Part shown: piece after piece, positions 46,851 through 51,240 of the stretch
Layout of the letters: every line of letters starts with the position of its first letter
Numbering within the stretch: position 1 is the stretch's first letter
Assembly (NCBI GenBank): GCA_038087875.1
Contig: CM075996.1
Coordinates: forward strand, 10,790,001-10,841,240
DNA: 51,240 nt
Direction: 5' to 3'
Origin: Malacoraja senta
Lineage: Eukaryota
Notes under the pieces: generated by a model
Databases searched by the model: none
What the model was told of the DNA's origin: nothing
The model's input: the letters and a program-made list of their open reading frames with translations, nothing else
Translations under genes and position numbers: made by a program

Positions 46851-46994
46851 TGCTGGGACAAGTGCGTGGAGAAGCCGGGCTCCAGGCTCAACTCGCGGAC
46901 TGAGAGCTGCTTGGTCAGCTGCGTGGATCACTTCGTGGACACCACGCTGGCGCTCACCAACCGCTTCGCGCAGATGGTGCAGAAGGGAGGCCAC
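46851..46994 (+). pseudogene. TIMM8B: 5'-truncated TIMM8B (small Tim chaperone Tim8B) copy, probably a retrocopy; UTR-like sequence runs to AATAAA at 47406
   Basis: CWDKCVEKPGSRLNSRTESCLVSCVDHFVDTTLALTNRFAQMVQKGGH matches the C-terminal 48 aa of vertebrate Tim8B, including the twin CX3C. No start codon or splice acceptor; the native stop is lost. Confidence 0.9.
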
Positions 46995-48324
46995 ATCGCT
47001 CGGTATAAACCCATCGGCTGCCTTGTTCTCCACTTTAACGTCAATTGAAGGTGTCCCCAAGGTCATTGCACCAACTCCTCTGTGTTCTGCACATCTTCAG
47101 CGGGACTTACTGAATCAATGGAAACCGATTCAAACCCAGGAATTTGTGTACTGCCGTTGCAACGCTGATCCGTACAAGACTAAAGTTGCGGCCCGGGTGG
47201 ATGGATGAAGGCCTCAGGACACCAACCCTCAATGTGGGGCATGGGAATCTGCCGCAGACCGAGTGGTGACGTGAACATGTGCGCTGCGTTATTACCCTGA
47301 AGCTGCCCTGCTCCCCACAGGAACGAGACATGTGGCTATATTTGTCCACCAGGAAATAACTATCAGTTTTACCAAGTTTGTATGAGTTGTCTCTGCTGCC
47401 CCAGTAATAAACATTATGCAGTTACAGGAACTGCAGTTCTTGGTTTACAAAAGTCACCAAGTACAGGAGTAACTCAGCGGGTCAGGCAACATCTGGAGTA
47501 CATGGATAGGAGACTTTTCTGGTGGGGACCCGTCTTCAGACTAATTGTAGCGGGGGTGAAAAACCTGGGGGAAAGTTTGGGGTGAGATAAAGCCTGGCAG
47601 ATGATAGATGGATAACAGGTGAGAGGGGGAGGGAATAATTGGCAGATGGGTGGAATAAGGCCAGAGATGAGAGGCATAGATAGGGTAGGTAGTCATGTCT
47701 TTTTTTCCCCATTTGGAAAAAAAATCAAATACTGGAGGGCATAGCTTTGTGAGAGGAACAAAGTTTTAAAATGTGCAAGGCAAGTTTTTTACACGGAGGG
47801 TTGCGAGTGTCTAGAACGTGCTGCTGGGGATTTAAAAGACTTTTCGATCAAACCATTTGCAGTGTATAAATACCTGATAAGGGAATAACGTTTTGTTTTT
47901 ACTTTTTAAAAAAATGATATGGGAATAACGTTTAGTGCAAGATAGAGCCTGCAAAGTCTGATCGAGGATAGTCCAAGGGACACCAAAGAGGTAGGTAGTA
48001 GTTCAACACTACTCTCTGGTTGTAGTTGGATGATTCAGTTGCCTGATAACAGCTGGGAAGAAACTGCCCGTGAATCTGGAGGTGTGTGTTTTCATGATTT
48101 GCCAGATGTAGGCTAAGGTTAGGTGCAGGAGTAAGTCAGTGGGTCAAGCTGCATCGCTGGAGGACATAAATAGGTGATGTTTTGGGTGGAGACTGCCTCA
48201 GACTAATTGTAGTTGGGGGAGAAAGCTGCAAAGAGGTGGTTTGGACAAAGTCTAGCAAATGTTAGGTGGATACGAGTGAGGAGGTTGATTGGCAAATGGG
48301 TGGACCAAGACAGATGAGAGGCAT

Positions 48325-49323
48325 AAATGGGGTGCCGCAAGGCTCTGTGCTGGTACCCCAGTTATTTACAGTATACATGAACAATTTAGAGAAAGGAATT
48401 AAATGTAACATCTCCAAGTTTGTGGACGACACAAAACTGGGTGGCCGTGTGAGCTGCAAGGAGGATGCTTTGAGGCTGCAGGGTTACTTGGATAGGGTGG
48501 GTGGGCAGATGCACTATAATGTGGATAAATGTGAGGTTATCCACTTTGGTAGCAAGAACAGGAAGGCAGAGTATTATTTAAATGGTGTCAGTTTTGGAAA
48601 AGGGGAGGTACAATGAGACCAGTCACTAAAAGTAAGCATACAGGTACAGCAGGCAGTAAAGAAAGCAAATGGCATGTTGCCTTCATAGCGAGAGGATGTG
48701 AGTATAGGAGCAAGGAGGTCCTACTGCAGTTGTACAGGGCCCTGGTGAGACCACACCTGGAATATTGTGTGCAGCTTTGGTCTCCTAATTTGAGGAAATA
48801 CAATCTTGCTATTAAGGGAGTGCAGTGTAGGTTCACCACGTTATTCCCCGGGATAGCAGGACTGATATGATGAAAGAATGGATCGACTAGGCTTGTATTC
48901 ACTGGAATTTAGAATGACGAGAGGGGATCTTATAGCAACATATTACATTCTTAAGGGATTGGACAGGCTAGAGGCAGGAAAATTGTTCCTGATGTTGGGA
49001 GAGTCCAGAACTAGGGGTCGGTTTAAGAATAAGGGGTAGGGCATTTAGGACTGGGATGGGGAGAAACTTTTTCAGCCAGAGAGTTGTGAATCTGTGGAAT
49101 TCTCTGCTACGGAAGACAGTGGAGGCCAAGTCACTAGATTTATTCAAGAGAGAGTTAGATATAGATCTTGGGGCTAACATAATCAAGGGATGTGGGGGGG
49201 GGGGGGGTGGGGGGAAGCAGGAACAGGATACTGATTCTGGATGATCAGCCATGATCATATTGATGAGTGCTGGCTCGCACGGCCAAATGTCCTACTCCTG
49301 CACCTATTTTCTATGTTTCTATG
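48325..49323 (+). mobile_element. Degenerate CR1 LINE 3' part
   Basis: GVPQGSVL..KFVDDTK..ALVRPHLEYCVQ..RVVNLWNS; TTTCTATG tail. Confidence 0.9.
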
Positions 49324-49624
49324 AAAATGCTGCCAGGGGTTGATGGTTAGGCATGTACGATAGTGGCATTTAGGAGACATTTGGATAGACATGAGGATGT
49401 GCAGGGAATGGAGGGGAAACGGATTATGTGCAGACAGACAAGGTAAAGGAGGGCATCTAGCACTGAAGAGGATAAAAAAGGGGAGTTTAGTTTAGTTTGT
49501 TGATACTGCGTAGAAACTGGCCCTCCGGCCCACTGAGTCCGCGCTGACTAGTGATCCCTGTACACTAGGGACAATTTACAATCTTTACTGAAGCCAATTC
49601 ACCTACAAACTTGTACGTACCTGC

Positions 49625-50115
49625 AACTGCGCGCACCCTTTCGCATCCTGCCTGCCCTTCCGCTTCCGAGCCAGCCTGGGGACCTAGAAAGGCCTCCCTC
49701 GCCGGCCCCTCGCCAGCTCCGCCGCTGTTTGGTGCCGTTTCTCCCCCCGACCCGCACGCTCTGCCTCCCCCCCCCCCCCCATTTTCCTCAAACTTTGCCC
49801 TGAATATGTAAAACTCTTGCAATCCCTCCAATCAAACGGGAGGGATGGTGCTTGCCTGTGGTGACGTCACGGGCACAGGCGCAAGGCTGGCTGCCGCAGC
49901 AGGAAGGGAGGGAGGGAGAGAGGAAGGAAGGCAGGCTGCACCGACCACTTCTCTGTCACGCCGAGCCCACTCGGCTGCGAGCGAGCGACGACGTTTCTTG
50001 CGGCCCTGTTTCTCGAGCGGTGGAGGGTTAGGGGCCACCTTGCGCATAAGCGTGGGAGCAGGCCACTCGGCCCCTCGGGCCCCGTTCCGCCCTTTGTCAA
50101 GAGCGCGGCCCACCT
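49625..50115. promoter_or_regulatory. CpG-island-like promoter of an adjacent gene, with CCAAT (49828-49832) and a CRE palindrome GTGACGTCAC (49861-49870)
   Basis: Non-repetitive GC- and CpG-rich block in an otherwise CpG-poor window; the motifs are read directly. Confidence 0.6.
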
Positions 50116-50952
50116 GCCCACTGTAAGGGCCATGTACAGAAACTGTCAAAGACTCAGCCATTCCATCATGGCTGATCTATCCCGTACTAATCGAGAATCA
50201 ATCTGTCTATACCTGCCTTAAAAATATCCATCAACTTCTGCGGCAAAGAATTCCACAGTTTCACCGTCCTCTGTCTAAAGAAATTCCTCCTCATCTCCTT
50301 CCTGAATGAACGTCCTTTAATTCGGAGGTTATGGCCTCTCGTCCTAGGCTCTCCCACTAGTGGATACGTCCTCTCCACATCCACTCTATCCAAACCTTTC
50401 ACTATTCGCTAAGTTGCAATGAGATCTACCCCTCGTCCTTCTAAACTCCAGAGAGTACAGGCCCAGTGCCGTCAAACATTCCTCTGAGAAGAAAACGATA
50501 TGTTAACGGTCATTGTTAAGCGCTTGTTAAATGTCACTATTATCACCATATTAACACGGTGTGAGGGAGAGTGAGACGAGGGCGGGCTGTTGCCTTTTGA
50601 CCTCAAATTGGAGAATCCAATGCTCACACCACCGTTAGGTTGGGGTGGGTCCTGATCGCAAGGGGCGAGCACAAATTGAAGGGTTTCAAAAAAGAGTGAA
50701 CCCTGTGAGGTGAGGCCTGCCTGCCTGCGTCTCACAAATACAGGCAAGGCAGCCTCTCCAAGGGAAGCACAGCCACTGAGCCATGTAATTACACAGAGGA
50801 AAAAAAGCAAACAAACAAAAGGTGTGAACGGCTCCGTCTCATCTCCTTCAGCTGCAAATTCTGGCAAACACAACACCCCCACCGTGGCTTTCAGAATTCC
50901 TTGCGACTCAAAGGACGGTTTTCTCTCGCTGCCCCCGAAACATAAATGCAGG

Positions 50953-51240
50953 AAACATAGAAAATAGGTGCAGGGGTAGGCCATTCGGCCCTTCGTGCTA
51001 GCACCGCCATTCAATATGATCATGGCTGATCATCCAACTCAGTATCCTGTACCTGCCTTCTCTCCATACCCCCTGATCCCTTTAGCCACAAGGGCCACAT
51101 CTAACTCCCTCTTAAATATAGCCAATGAACTGACTTCCCCAACATCGGGAACAATCTTCCTGCATCTAGCCTGTCCAACCCCTTAAGAATTTTGTAAGTT
51201 TCTATAAGATCCCCCCTCAATCTTCTAAATTCTAGCGAGT
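50953..51240 (-). mobile_element. CR1 3' end (family of 870-2655), running off the window
   Basis: Near-identical 3' UTR with a short internal deletion at ~51132. Confidence 0.9.

Noticed and set aside
46723..47208. 161-aa ORF over the LINE tail and TIMM8B region
   Set aside because: Out of frame with the Tim8B homology and starts inside the LINE 3' UTR.
50472..51023. 183-aa minus-strand ORF
   Set aside because: Starts in a CR1 3' UTR and has no recognisable domain.
1..51240. CRISPR arrays, rRNA genes or prokaryotic operons
   Set aside because: No regularly spaced repeat-spacer array or rRNA-like sequence; the window is intron-containing vertebrate DNA.

Overview
Eukaryotic, repeat-dense vertebrate DNA. 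The repeat content (HE1/V-SINE-like SINEs, CR1 LINEs with TTTCTATG-type tails, Penelope-like fold-backs) suggests a cartilaginous fish such as a skate or ray (inference). Main contents: (1) a decayed, doubly truncated epsilon/fish-type endogenous retrovirus on the minus strand (~520-7019), with half of a 2H-phosphoesterase-like domain, RT, RNase H, integrase and a gamma-type env split by a CR1 LINE; (2) a spliced plus-strand host gene for a SUN1/SUN2-like nuclear-envelope protein, for which ten phase-compatible GT-AG exons (18746-39210) give an open 426-aa C-terminal part, with the 5' exons unresolved; (3) a head-to-head pair of non-autonomous Helitrons forming a ~2.6-kb imperfect palindrome just after that gene; (4) a 5'-truncated TIMM8B copy fused to the A-rich tail of a Tx1/L1-type LINE; (5) a CpG-rich promoter-like segment with a CRE palindrome near 49.9 kb; (6) many CR1, Rex1/Babar, Penelope, Tx1, SINE and MITE fragments, including fold-back repeats with minimal hammerhead-ribozyme-like cores. 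All identifications are by eye; no searches were run.
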